64,000 nt of DNA from Tubiluchus corallicola (GCA_030141605.1 JAQGDQ010000440.1:58429-122428); one strand, 5' to 3'. Shown: positions 51,605-62,541, counted from the stretch's first letter. Numbers and translations: made by a program. Notes: generated by a model not told the origin, from the letters alone.

Positions 51605-53176
51605 ATGAAAAATACAGTTTTAGCAATAGTACTATTTTCAGCATTCACATTCTGGGGGTGTAGTGGCTATCTGGATGTTACTCCGCCAAGCAATATAACA
51701 GGCGATGTTCTTACAGAAGATGCTTTGGAAGAAGTGTTATATGCAGGAGCATATAGGAACCTAACAACCTATTTCAATAGTTATGCATACCCCGGATATC
51801 GTTCTTTCTTAACACTGTCTGAGGCAATAGGACAGGATGTTATTGGGACGCAAGGTATATACGGAGGAGTTGTTACACAATACAGATACCTGAGTGTCAA
51901 TAGCATTACAAGTGGTATTGTTAGAAACTACTGGAATAAATTTTACAGTACCATAGCCAACTGTAATAACGGTCTCGGCATTATCAATAATATAGAGAGC
52001 GAGAGGTCGGAAGCAGCAAAAGTAGCAGAAGCTCAGCTGCGAGCGCTACGTGCATTTTGCTACTTCGACATTGTCAGAACATGGCAAAAAACATATGAAA
52101 GCGGTAAGGATTTATTGGTTTGCCCCATTTATGATAAGCCAACAACAGCTGAAAATGCTAAGGAAGGCGCTGAGTTATCAACAGTAAAAGAGGTTTATGA
52201 TTTTATAATTGCCGACCTGAATGAAGCTATTAGTCTCTTTGAGGAGGTTAACTACAAAAGGCCATCTAAAGAGTATATAGATAAAAGTGTTGCCTACGCT
52301 ATTGCTGCACGTGTGCACCTAACACGAGGTACTCAAAAAGATGGTTCAGGCATAATTGAAGATATGAATAGTGCTGCGAAATATGCCTATAACGCAAGGC
52401 AGGGCTACACACTAATGGATGCAGAGAGTTTTAAAGCAGGATTTAATGAAGAGAGTAACCCAGAATGGATGCTCTGTTTAACACAGTCCGCTGACAACAG
52501 TGATATGTCTTACTACTTTAACTACTGGGACACACGAAGTGATGACACCAGGGCTTACTATAAAAATGCGGTGCCCGACCCCTATCTTAAAAAACTATTT
52601 GATTACGGCAGCGGTTACGATACAGACGATGTACGCTATCAACTATTCCAGGAACCAGGTACAACAGGCGCACAAAGGGTTCAGGGGATACTGACCTATC
52701 CCAAGTTCAGGTACAGAGACTCCGAAAAAACAGGTGATATCCTCTACTTGAGAGCATCTGAAATGTACCTTATAGAAGCGGAGGCCATTCTTAGAGGTGG
52801 CAGTGATAATGGGCAATCGCCCCAAGCTATTATTGACGAACTAAGGAGTGCCAGAAATGCAGGGGCAAGTATAACAGTCAGCTTAGAGGAAACATTAAAG
52901 GAAAGAAGAAGAGAGCTGTGGGGTGAAGGCGTTACGGGTATATTCGATATTAACCGCTTACAAATTACACCGGAAAGGAAAAAGGTTGATTTTGACGATT
53001 TTGAAGAGTACACTTCTGGCGCAGACAATATCCATCCGACCTACTTTGGCCATGCCATTCGTCAATATGCAGACGGCTCTGCATTACAAGCCGAAAGCCC
53101 GTATCACTATCTTCAAATCCCAGAAGCAGAAATATCGAACAATCCTAAAGTTAACGGCCCGTTGCTGAGAGATTAA
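51605..53176 (+). CDS. susD: SusD/RagB lipoprotein
   Basis: Lipobox FWGC, W..FY..IANCN, RAFCYFD, RASEMYLIEAEA, ERRRELWGEG, IP..E...NP. Confidence 0.94.
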   Translation: MKNTVLAIVLFSAFTFWGCSGYLDVTPPSNITGDVLTEDALEEVLYAGAYRNLTTYFNSYAYPGYRSFLTLSEAIGQDVIGTQGIYGGVVTQYRYLSVNSITSGIVRNYWNKFYSTIANCNNGLGIINNIESERSEAAKVAEAQLRALRAFCYFDIVRTWQKTYESGKDLLVCPIYDKPTTAENAKEGAELSTVKEVYDFIIADLNEAISLFEEVNYKRPSKEYIDKSVAYAIAARVHLTRGTQKDGSGIIEDMNSAAKYAYNARQGYTLMDAESFKAGFNEESNPEWMLCLTQSADNSDMSYYFNYWDTRSDDTRAYYKNAVPDPYLKKLFDYGSGYDTDDVRYQLFQEPGTTGAQRVQGILTYPKFRYRDSEKTGDILYLRASEMYLIEAEAILRGGSDNGQSPQAIIDELRSARNAGASITVSLEETLKERRRELWGEGVTGIFDINRLQITPERKKVDFDDFEEYTSGADNIHPTYFGHAIRQYADGSALQAESPYHYLQIPEAEISNNPKVNGPLLRD

Positions 53177-53369
53177 GTCATCTGAAAAATGTGACTAGAG
53201 ATAAAGTTGCTATCTTGTAAAGGTACTTCCGTTAATAAAAAGTAACTTTACTTTTAACACATTACAGTATATTTCCCAAAAAATATCTCGCTTTTTACAT
53301 TTTCATTAAAAAGTGGGGTATTTTGCTTTTTAGGCTAAAATGAGTTTTAACAAGGCACTAAAAATATCA

Positions 53370-53409
53370 CTTATAGTTGGCTATTAATGCTATAATAGCC
53401 AACTATAAG
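53370..53409. terminator. perfect 17-bp inverted repeat between convergent genes
   Basis: cttatagttggctatta-atgcta-taatagccaactataag. Confidence 0.6.
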
Positions 53410-53527
53410 AACACTAATGTTCCCAGCAAATTAATAGGACTATAAAGCAGTAGGTATTTTTAGTTTTTTCGCTTACATACGAAAGTGCCTAGATAAAAAA
53501 CACTAATATAAAAGCTCCATACTCTTT

Positions 53528-54073
53528 TTAGAATGTATATCTCATCCCTATTAATAAATTTCTGCCATCAACTCGAATAACAGATACCTCAAGCGGGCTC
53601 TTTTCATAGGGTTTTGTAAATAGATATGCGCTCCCGGTGCCAATTATCGCACCCGCTAAAACATCCCAATAATCATGTTTGTCGGCATATACTCTTGTCC
53701 ATCCAGTATAACCGGCCAATAAATAGGCAGGAATGCCAATCTTCCACCCGTACCTCCTCTCTAAAAAAGCAGCACTTGAAAATGCAAGAGATGTATGCCC
53801 GGATGGGAAACCATACCTCTCTCCATTCGGCCTCTCCTTGTCAATAGCATACTTCAAAACATATGTAACTACAGCAGTTACCCCCACCGTCTTAACAAAC
53901 TGCAAAGCGGGCTTTGAATCATCTTTCCAGATAAAAGTTGAAGAGAAGGCAGCCACAGGCAGTATAGCTGCAAAAGCATCACCCGATAGCTCTATATTAT
54001 TACTCTGGGCATAGCTATAATCAAAACCAACCACCAAAATAAAAACCATCAATAAAATAGCTATTCTTATCAT
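53528..54073 (-). CDS. PAP2-family phosphatase (LpxE-like); start moved to ATG 54073
   Basis: K......RP, FPSGHT, R...KH...DV..G; signal peptide begins MIRIAILL. Confidence 0.88.
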   Translation of the reverse strand: MIRIAILLMVFILVVGFDYSYAQSNNIELSGDAFAAILPVAAFSSTFIWKDDSKPALQFVKTVGVTAVVTYVLKYAIDKERPNGERYGFPSGHTSLAFSSAAFLERRYGWKIGIPAYLLAGYTGWTRVYADKHDYWDVLAGAIIGTGSAYLFTKPYEKSPLEVSVIRVDGRNLLIGMRYTF

Positions 54074-54154
54074 TATTCCTTTAGTTATAATAATTATGCT
54101 ACCACCTGTAACACCTTGCCCTAACCACAACTAAGCTCTCTTTATGAGCAAGCC

Positions 54155-54283
54155 AAGGCTTTTGCAAAACTCACCTCTTTCTCTTAATATTCTTGCCAAA
54201 ATCTTCTCTTACACCAGTAAACTATGGTTTACCATCTAATTCTCTCTAAACATGAACCTACATGTTCGCTTTGCGAAGATTTC
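54155..54283 (-). mobile_element. MITE-like copy, reverse orientation
   Basis: aaggcttttgcaaaactcacctc...ttcgctttgcgaagatttc. Confidence 0.7.
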
Positions 54284-54319
54284 AAACTTTGCCTTAACTG
54301 AGGATTTGAGGCACATCTA

Positions 54320-56362
54320 CTACCGGTAACTGAGCTCTTCCGGCTTTCTTCCAAGAAAATCCATAAACTCCGATTTAGGGTAACCAAGGCTTCTAAAAGA
54401 CCACGAATCCGCATTTGGTGGAGTTATAGGGTACCACGCAAAACGAAACTCAAATGTATTAAAAACCAAGGACTCATTTCTTATACGTAACCCAAACCCA
54501 ACTCCAGCATAAACATCCGTATTGAAAATCAACTTATGCGAGTCACCAATGAATCCTACATCGGAAAACAGATATGGAGCAAATCGAAACTCATAAAACT
54601 TACGGTTAATAAAGTTTACAGTCTCCATGCTCAGAGTGAGTCTTTGACTCCCCCTCACCTCATCCGTGGGAAACCCACTAATTCCATCATGCCCGCTTAA
54701 TGTCAAATACTCATAGCTAAATCGGTTTATCCCCGCCAGATACTTGATATTAAAAAATTGTCTCACCTGAAGATTATTAAACCTCATCAGCCTTGAAAAA
54801 AAACTCCCTTCCAAAAGTAGCGCTCCCTGCTCTATCTTACTATTCCTGAAAAACCCGCCAATCTCTGCTGTCAAACCCATATACCCATCACTCCTTAAAA
54901 TTTTTGAGCCTGACAGGCATAAATGTGCATAAGGACGGCTATAAAACTCCGCCTGGTCGTAGCCGACAGCAACTTCAAGATAGTTACCATAAGGAATATC
55001 CTCGGTAATCCCATACCCATACACAAGGTTGCTCCTGAACAGGCTACGCACACCAGTACCAATTGTCCCTAAAAAAAAGCTACGATCATGATACCGTTGA
55101 TTTTGGTAAGGTGATACCGGAGGCTTGTCCAGATAATTAACATAGGAGCACCTCCCTGCCAGGTTTATATTTCTTATTCTTCCTTTCCTTGTAAGTATAG
55201 AAAATGCACGCCCATACCAGAGATCAATATCCGAAATAGAAATAGGTGTATCTCCATATATATACTCTTTGTCTTCATACGGTATATAGCGAATAATATG
55301 CCTGGCACTCAGCGCCCCAGCATTTGCTGTGCTCAGTGTTAAAAAGTCCTTCTCTACCTTCATATTATACCCCTTCATCCTAAATGTATTGGTATACTCC
55401 AGAGAGGTATTTACAAAAATCCCCGCAATATTACTCATTTTGTAGAAAAAAGCGCTCCCAAGCTGGGGTTGCTTCTCCACATGATAAACAATATTGGTAG
55501 AAAGTTCGTGCCCCAGCCCAAACATATTGCTGTTAAAAATTCCGACATCAACATACTCTCCACCTAAACCTGCCGACACACCCCACGCAAACACATCTTT
55601 GGTAATTATTAAAACATCAACAACGTCAGGATTACCAGGATCAGGAGTTAGTAAAATAACCGCATCTGTGACACTGGGCATATCACGAATAATCTTCTCA
55701 TTTTCCGCCATCTGGGTTGGATGCACAGTATCCCCCTCTCTAAAAAGCAAATTCTTCTCCAGAACCCTTTTTCTTGTATTTATGTGAGTATGATTCCCTG
55801 CACGAACCAGCCAGCTCTGCTCCAATACACTAGAGGTATCTGTAATAGAAGGACCAAAAACATCAAGCTGCTTAAACTTTATTGACCTGACAACCTTTCC
55901 ACTAAAAGCTTCAAAATACTCTTCACTACCCACTCTTAATAATGGCTTGGGCTGCTGAGGCTGTACTATAAATTTGCTCCATACATTTTTTACCCAAAAA
56001 CTGTCCTCACCATCTTTCCAAAAAACCAGACTGTTCGAATTAATAGAATCAAGTGACTCGATGGAGTCATTAAGGATTATTGCTCCCTGTGATTGATCCG
56101 TGAGTACGGTACTTTCAACATATAACGAGCGAGGATGTAATAAGTCAGGAATATCCCTTTTTGAGGAAATAGTATCCGGCCACTCAACTATCTCATCCTC
56201 ATGATACACAGTATTATAGGTCACACCCCCCCGATGCAGGCCAGAACTACTATAAAAGCACTCTTCCCCCATCCCCGTGCAAGGAAAGCAAAGAAGAAAT
56301 ATTAATATGTATTGCCTTAAATCAGTCAAAACTTCTTGTAATAAATAAGCTTCTTTACACAA
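54320..56362 (-). CDS. Omp85/BamA-TamA-like outer membrane protein with a POTRA-like domain (start uncertain)
   Basis: HINTRKRVLEKNLLFREGD...ENEKIIR, NMFGLGH, YGYGITEDIPYG, GVGFGLRIRNE. Confidence 0.78.
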   Translation of the reverse strand: MCKEAYLLQEVLTDLRQYILIFLLCFPCTGMGEECFYSSSGLHRGGVTYNTVYHEDEIVEWPDTISSKRDIPDLLHPRSLYVESTVLTDQSQGAIILNDSIESLDSINSNSLVFWKDGEDSFWVKNVWSKFIVQPQQPKPLLRVGSEEYFEAFSGKVVRSIKFKQLDVFGPSITDTSSVLEQSWLVRAGNHTHINTRKRVLEKNLLFREGDTVHPTQMAENEKIIRDMPSVTDAVILLTPDPGNPDVVDVLIITKDVFAWGVSAGLGGEYVDVGIFNSNMFGLGHELSTNIVYHVEKQPQLGSAFFYKMSNIAGIFVNTSLEYTNTFRMKGYNMKVEKDFLTLSTANAGALSARHIIRYIPYEDKEYIYGDTPISISDIDLWYGRAFSILTRKGRIRNINLAGRCSYVNYLDKPPVSPYQNQRYHDRSFFLGTIGTGVRSLFRSNLVYGYGITEDIPYGNYLEVAVGYDQAEFYSRPYAHLCLSGSKILRSDGYMGLTAEIGGFFRNSKIEQGALLLEGSFFSRLMRFNNLQVRQFFNIKYLAGINRFSYEYLTLSGHDGISGFPTDEVRGSQRLTLSMETVNFINRKFYEFRFAPYLFSDVGFIGDSHKLIFNTDVYAGVGFGLRIRNESLVFNTFEFRFAWYPITPPNADSWSFRSLGYPKSEFMDFLGRKPEELSYR

Positions 56363-56642
56363 GTTTAATAGCTGGTCTCGACTTTTTTAAATATTTCTTA
56401 TACAAATATTCTTCAAATATAAGTCAGATTCCCAATTACTACAACTTTATTGCATATATTGCTGCATAATACAGCACTTTATCAAAAATATGTTTATCCG
56501 AAATAGGCTGCTAACTCCTAACTTTTATATAGTGACAGCAGCATAGCTACCCACCCCTAAACAACTCCATGAACACTTTTGTACCTAAAAATACTTCTTA
56601 AGCTCGTCTGTCGCATAATTTTCAGGCATAAAATATCACTGC

Positions 56643-56746
56643 GAAACCTTTACAAGACTAAAAAATTTGGTTCAGATCAAAAAAAACTGCTCTTTAATAA
56701 AGGATTTTGATAGAAAAGCAACAAAAGGCGGAGCAAAAAAACTTTC
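56643..56746 (+). mobile_element. degenerate MITE-like copy
   Basis: gaaacctttacaagactaaaaaatttggttcaga...ataaaggattttga...caaaaaaactttc. Confidence 0.5.
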
Positions 56747-56825
56747 ACACTGTTTGTGCCTTTTTATCAAAAGGAGGATCTTGAGAAGGTAGCGAAGCCA
56801 AAAGGCGTAGCTTCTCATCAAAAGC

Positions 56826-56992
56826 ATTTACACGCTTGATCTTTTGCCTCCTTTGTATCAAAACAACAGAGCTTAAAAAAAACGGTACACTTTTTTTAAG
56901 CCTCAGAAGGGTTTTGCTGTATACCAGATCAAAGTATGCAAATAATAAAACTTTATCTCAACAAAAATTAACTCTTAAGGGACGACTAAGTA
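56826..56992 (+). repeat. dispersed repeat shared with 62353-62541
   Basis: Colinear blocks tttacacgcttgatcttt, gtacacttttttt..aag, cagatcaaa, cttaa.g.acgactaa. Confidence 0.75.
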
Positions 56993-57160
56993 GGGATCTT
57001 GAATAAAGCATTAACAAACAGATGAGTTTTACAAAAGACCCATTGCGCTTCCCACACTTTTTTGCTACATCTTTCCAAACTGAATTCTCAAATCGTATTG
57101 CAATAGAAAAGCTTTATCCAATTTCTTTTTAACTTTGTATGCCAAGTAAATAGTTCAATA

Positions 57161-58030
57161 ATGGTTCGAAAAAAGAAAACGAAAAGATTTTGGACAAAAA
57201 TAAACAACCTATACAGGGTTACAATCTTAAATGAAAACGATCTAGATGCTATAAAGCAATTAAAATTTTCTATACTGTCAATAAGTATCATTGCTCTAAT
57301 AGCTATATTGGTTTTCAGTTCGGGAATTGTCTCGCTTGTTTTTTTTACATCAATAAAAAAGCATGTGCCGGGATACCCCTCTGATGAAACAAGGACCGCC
57401 ATAATAAGAAGTGCGATACTAGCCGACTCATTGGAGCGCGAACTGGAAATTCGAGACGTATATTTTGAAGATTTGAGATCAGTAATATCCGGAGAAACCC
57501 CTGCTGCTGATAGACCTTTCGACATTAACGATACGTCTATAGTGCTGGAAAATATAAAAATAAAAGAATTTAATCATGATAGTGTCTTTAAGGAAAAGCT
57601 GGATAGAGAACAGTTAAGCTTTTCGATAGAGGCAGAAAATAAAATTAACGGCACGCTCTCAAATGTACTGCTTTCATCCCCTCTAAAGGGAATTATAACA
57701 AGCCGGTTTGACCCGATAAATGGACATTATGGCATAGACATTGTAGCAAAGCTTAATGAGAGAATATCATCAATTATGGATGGGACTGTAATATTTTCCG
57801 AATGGACCATACAAACTGGATATGTGATACAGATACAGCATGAGCATGGCTTAGTTTCAGTGTACCGACATAACGCTGAACTGTTGAAAAAACCTGGAGA
57901 TAGAGTACACGGAGGAGAGGCTATAGCCCTAATGGGAAACTCCGGGCAGGAGACTACCGGGCCACACCTCCACTTTGAAATGTGGTTGGCAGGAACTGCC
58001 CTGAATCCGGAAGATTATGTAAGCTTTTAG
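57161..58030 (+). CDS. M23-family metallopeptidase
   Basis: HYGIDIV, YRHNA, TGPHLHFEMW; TAACTTTG promoter element at 57130-57137. Confidence 0.92.
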   Translation: MVRKKKTKRFWTKINNLYRVTILNENDLDAIKQLKFSILSISIIALIAILVFSSGIVSLVFFTSIKKHVPGYPSDETRTAIIRSAILADSLERELEIRDVYFEDLRSVISGETPAADRPFDINDTSIVLENIKIKEFNHDSVFKEKLDREQLSFSIEAENKINGTLSNVLLSSPLKGIITSRFDPINGHYGIDIVAKLNERISSIMDGTVIFSEWTIQTGYVIQIQHEHGLVSVYRHNAELLKKPGDRVHGGEAIALMGNSGQETTGPHLHFEMWLAGTALNPEDYVSF

Positions 58031-58166
58031 CCGGACAACTATATGAAAAGTGTCCCGAAATAAAACAATTAAATATTTTGATTGCAAAAATGATCGCAGA
58101 GAGGAGTGAATTAGAGTTTCACTATTCATTCCTTTATTTAATAATTTACTTAAAGACATCAGGAAG

Positions 58167-59318
58167 TTGAAAAATATTGCCATTCTGGGCTCAACAGGAT
58201 CAATAGGAAGACAAGCTTTAGAGGTGGTAAGACACAACCCTGAGCTATTCTCTACTGAAGTTCTAACAGCAAATAATAACAGTAAGCTGCTTATTAAGCA
58301 GGCAAAAGAGTTTCGCCCCAATGCCGTTGTAATAGCAAATGAATCAAAATATGAAGAGATATCCACAGCACTACAAAACGAACCCATAAAAGTTTATGCC
58401 GGAAGTACTGCCATAGCACAAATAGTATCTATGGATAGTATAGACCTGATACTGGCTGCAATGGTTGGATATTCAGGAATGATTCCAGTTGTTAACGCAA
58501 TAAAAGCAGGAAAGCACATTGCTCTGGCCAACAAGGAAGCACTGGTAGTAGCAGGTAATCTTATAACAGCTCTTGCCAAAAAGAAGGGAGTTAACATCAT
58601 ACCTGTCGACTCTGAACACTCGGCAATCTTTCAGTGCCTTGAAGGTGAATCGGTAAACAAGGTTGAAAAAATAATACTCACCTGTTCCGGAGGGCCGTTT
58701 TGCCAAATGAGTATGGAGCAAATCAAGAAAGTTACGCCAGATGATGCTCTCAGGCACCCAAACTGGAAGATGGGGAGTAAAATAACCATTGACTCAGCCT
58801 CATTGATGAATAAAGGGTTTGAAGTAATAGAAGCACACTGGCTATTTGGGCTAAAACCAGAGCAGATAGATGTAGTTATCCACAAGCAAAGTATTATTCA
58901 CTCTATTGTCCTGTTTATAGACGGCTCAATGAAATCTCAAATGGGACTGCCGGATATGAGGCTGCCCATTCAATATGCAATGGGCTATCCGGAAAGAATA
59001 AAAAACGCCTTCCCACGTCTAAGTCTTACAGATTCACCGACTCTGACTTTTTCAAAGCCTGATACAAAAATTTTTCGTAACCTTGCACTTGCTTTTGAAG
59101 CTCTTGACAGAGGAGGAAATCTTGCTTGTGTACTAAATGCATCAAATGAAGTAACAGTTAACGCATTTTGCGAAGGACAAATATCATTTCCCGATATGGC
59201 ATGTTTTAACGAAAATGTGATGAAGCAGGCAACATTTATTGAGCACCCGGAACTGGAAGATTACATTGAGTCTGACCGGGAAGCAAGAGCCATAGCAAAA
59301 GAGTTGATAAAAGCATAA
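58167..59318 (+). CDS. dxr: 1-deoxy-D-xylulose-5-phosphate reductoisomerase
   Basis: ILGSTGSIG, LANKE, PVDSEH, HPNW.MG.KITIDSA, NKGFEVIEA. Confidence 0.97.
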   Translation: MKNIAILGSTGSIGRQALEVVRHNPELFSTEVLTANNNSKLLIKQAKEFRPNAVVIANESKYEEISTALQNEPIKVYAGSTAIAQIVSMDSIDLILAAMVGYSGMIPVVNAIKAGKHIALANKEALVVAGNLITALAKKKGVNIIPVDSEHSAIFQCLEGESVNKVEKIILTCSGGPFCQMSMEQIKKVTPDDALRHPNWKMGSKITIDSASLMNKGFEVIEAHWLFGLKPEQIDVVIHKQSIIHSIVLFIDGSMKSQMGLPDMRLPIQYAMGYPERIKNAFPRLSLTDSPTLTFSKPDTKIFRNLALAFEALDRGGNLACVLNASNEVTVNAFCEGQISFPDMACFNENVMKQATFIEHPELEDYIESDREARAIAKELIKA

Positions 59319-59354
59319 ATAAAAAATGCTAATAAGTAAAAAAACAAATAGCTT

Positions 59355-60683
59355 ATGACTATTTTAATAAAAGCGACACAGCTAATTCTAAGTTTATCTA
59401 TACTTGTCATACTACACGAACTGGGGCATTTCGTTTTTGCAAAAGCATTTAAATGCAGAGTAGAGAAGTTTTACCTGTTCTTTAACCCCTGGTTCTCTCT
59501 TTTTAAATACAAAAAAGGTGAAACAGAGTATGGCTTGGGATGGTTACCACTAGGAGGATATGTTAAGATCTCTGGGATGATAGATGAATCAATGGATATA
59601 GAGCAAATGAAAAAACCAGCTCAACCATGGGAATTTCGTTCAAAACCGGCAATACAACGATTGCTGATAATGCTCGGAGGAGTAATTTTCAACCTTCTGT
59701 TTGCGATACTTATATACTCAATGTCGCTGTCTGTCTGGGGTGAGCAATATTTGCCCAATTCAAATGTGAAGTATGGTATTGTTGTAGGAGAAGTAGGGCG
59801 AAATATGGGGCTACAAAACGGAGATAAAATAATCAGCGTAGGAGAAAAAGAGATTGAAGATTTTCACAAAATAGCTCCCGCCATATTGCTAAATAGTGTA
59901 AACTCTATCAGAGTTGAGAGGAATGGCCGGATCATAGATATCCCCGTTAAACATGAACATATAGCCTCCCTGTTAAAAAGCAAAAATGAAATCTCTCCCC
60001 GCTATCCATACAACTTTGTAATATCTAAATTCACAGAAGAATCCGCCGCTAAAGCTGCCGGACTGAAAACAGGAGACGAAATCATTTCAGTAAACAACAA
60101 CCATTTCAAATTTCAGGATGAGTTCTATAAATTTATGCAGTCATTGAAGGGAGAGGAGGTAAATGTATTAATAAAAAGAAAAGGAGAGGAGGTGTCCTAC
60201 AACCTTACCCTTTCTGATGATGGGAAAATGGGAGTATATCCAAGCTATATTGACCTTTCCGACTATTTTGAAACAAAAAAACTCAAATATAGATTCCTCA
60301 ACGCATTCCCCGCTGGCGCACGAAAAGGGGTAGATACAATAAATAGCTACCTTAAGCAATTCAAACTGCTATTTACTCCCAAAACAAAAGCCTATGAATC
60401 ATTAGGAGGATTTATTTCGTTTGGCAGTATCTTCCCTCCCGTATGGGATTGGCAATCTTTTTGGAATCTCACAGCGCTAATATCAGTAATACTGGCCATA
60501 ATGAACATGCTCCCTATTCCTGCTCTTGACGGAGGACATGCTCTTTTTGTTATGTTTGAAATAGTGTCGGGAAGAAAACCGGGTGATAAATTTATGGAAT
60601 ATGCTCAAATAGCAGGAATAATATTGATTTTTTCACTACTATTGTTGGCAAATGGTAACGATATTGTCAAGTTATTCAAATAA
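59355..60683 (+). CDS. rseP: RIP metalloprotease RseP
   Basis: HELGH, PLGGYVK, PDZ segments, NMLPIPALDGGH. Confidence 0.96.
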   Translation: MTILIKATQLILSLSILVILHELGHFVFAKAFKCRVEKFYLFFNPWFSLFKYKKGETEYGLGWLPLGGYVKISGMIDESMDIEQMKKPAQPWEFRSKPAIQRLLIMLGGVIFNLLFAILIYSMSLSVWGEQYLPNSNVKYGIVVGEVGRNMGLQNGDKIISVGEKEIEDFHKIAPAILLNSVNSIRVERNGRIIDIPVKHEHIASLLKSKNEISPRYPYNFVISKFTEESAAKAAGLKTGDEIISVNNNHFKFQDEFYKFMQSLKGEEVNVLIKRKGEEVSYNLTLSDDGKMGVYPSYIDLSDYFETKKLKYRFLNAFPAGARKGVDTINSYLKQFKLLFTPKTKAYESLGGFISFGSIFPPVWDWQSFWNLTALISVILAIMNMLPIPALDGGHALFVMFEIVSGRKPGDKFMEYAQIAGIILIFSLLLLANGNDIVKLFK

Positions 60684-60723
60684 TATTCTTTGCATCAGAA
60701 CAAACTTAAAAAAATAATATATT

Positions 60724-60933
60724 ATGAACTTACTTATGATTGCCGCTTTCGTTGGGCCGCAGGAGATTATTATCATATTGATCATCGTGCTTCTGCTATT
60801 TGGTGGGAGAAAAATACCTGAATTAATGAAAGGATTTGGAAAAGGGATGAAGGAGTTTAAAAAAGCCACCAAAGATGATGATGATGACACTGATACCAAG
60901 GAAAAGAAGAAAAAAGAGCCTCTTGATGGGTAG
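60724..60933 (+). CDS. tatA: twin-arginine translocase TatA/E subunit
   Basis: G.QEIIII...[25 protein letters not shown]. Confidence 0.93.
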   Translation: MNLLMIAAFVGPQEIIIILIIVLLLFGGRKIPELMKGFGKGMKEFKKATKDDDDDTDTKEKKKKEPLDG

Positions 60934-60982
60934 ATTTTAGGCCTTAGGTCTCATTCTAAAAGCAATAAAACAATCCAAAACC

Positions 60983-61981
60983 ATGAAAAAATATGGTTTT
61001 CTACTGTCTGCTATTATTGGAGCCGTATTCTTTATCTCGTGTAAGGGAGACAGTACTGCCCTTATGAAAAAAGCTACCGGGAAACCTGGTGAAACAGTTA
61101 TAGTCATTGGCAGTAAATACTGGGAGGGGCTTCATGGTGATACTATCTCAAAACTTCTCGCGTATCCACAATTAGGGCTCCCGCAAGAAGAGCCCGTTCT
61201 TGACCTGATAAGTATTCCGCATTCTGCTTTTACAAATGTATTCAAAACATGTAGAAATATTATTATCACCAAAATAGCGCCATCTGTAACAGAGCCCGGC
61301 GTTAAAGTCCTAAAAAATGTCTGGGCTGCCCCACAAGTAGTAATCAATATACAAGCTCCTGATGAATCTTCCTTTACTGAACTTTTTAGTAAAAGTTCGG
61401 ACCTGATAGCAAGCACTTTTATAAAAGCAGAAAAGAAGCGCCTGATGGACACATATAAAGACAGAAAATTTCAAAATAAACTGGTGCTAAACACAGTAAA
61501 AAGTAAATATGGCCTTACTATCAATGTCCCAAAAGGATATATTATAGCTAAAGATACAACCGACTTTTTGTGGGTGAAGTATGAAACTCCACACACCAGC
61601 CAAGGACTGTTTATATACAAATATTTATACCGCTCAGATAGTACATTTACTGCCAAATATATCCTAGACAGACGTGACTCTGTTTTAAGAAAATATGTTT
61701 CGGGACCATCTGCTAACTCGTGGATGACATCAGAGCGCCAGGTAGATCCCACTCTGAAAACACTCCAACTGAATGGGAACTATACAGCCGAAACACGTGG
61801 GCTCTGGAAAGTAAAGGGAGACTTCATGGGTGGCCCATACGTTAGTCTCACAACACTCTCACCAGATAAACAATGTATAATCACAGCAGAAGGGTATGTA
61901 TACGCTCCTAAATATAATAAGCGTGAATACCTTAGACAGTTGGAGGCAATGATCTACTCAGTAAGCTTTCCATCACAGTAA
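60983..61981 (+). CDS. lipoprotein, DUF4837-like
   Basis: Lipobox FISC, GLPQEEP, WAAPQ, RGLW....DFMGGPY, YAP...KR. Confidence 0.8.
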   Translation: MKKYGFLLSAIIGAVFFISCKGDSTALMKKATGKPGETVIVIGSKYWEGLHGDTISKLLAYPQLGLPQEEPVLDLISIPHSAFTNVFKTCRNIIITKIAPSVTEPGVKVLKNVWAAPQVVINIQAPDESSFTELFSKSSDLIASTFIKAEKKRLMDTYKDRKFQNKLVLNTVKSKYGLTINVPKGYIIAKDTTDFLWVKYETPHTSQGLFIYKYLYRSDSTFTAKYILDRRDSVLRKYVSGPSANSWMTSERQVDPTLKTLQLNGNYTAETRGLWKVKGDFMGGPYVSLTTLSPDKQCIITAEGYVYAPKYNKREYLRQLEAMIYSVSFPSQ

Positions 61982-62352
61982 CCTTATTACATCTTATAAC
62001 CCTTATATTTATATACCGGGTCTAGAACTTACTCAAGCCGTACTTATTTTACCAGGAGCAACACTTCAGATGAAAAAAAAGCATTTATACTGGGTGATAC
62101 AGCCTGAATCAGCACTTTTTGAAAAAAGAACTTAGCGAGGCCCTTTAGACAAAAAGCTACTAAATAGACACTCCTTAAATCAAACTTAATTCATTAATAT
62201 CAGTAATGTAAAATCAAGAGCCTAACGGATTGTAGCGACATAAACTGCAAGGACTACTGTAACCTCCATGCAAAATCTTGCAGATTATAATAGGAAAATC
62301 GCCAAGTCAAAACCGAATGAACCTTACAAACTATGCGAAATAGAAAAACTGC

Positions 62353-62541
62353 CTTTACACGCTTGATCTTTAACTCTTTTGTGCCAGGAAGAGACCACTT
62401 CAAGAACAACTGTATAATCGTCAATACGAGTTGTACACTTTTTTTTAAGACTTCGGAAGGACCTATTGTATCTCAGATCAAAATATACAAATGGTGAAAT
62501 TTTATTTCAATAAAATTAATCCTTAAAGAACGACTAAATAA
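62353..62541 (+). repeat. dispersed repeat shared with 56826-56992
   Basis: Same colinear blocks as the 56826 copy. Confidence 0.72.
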
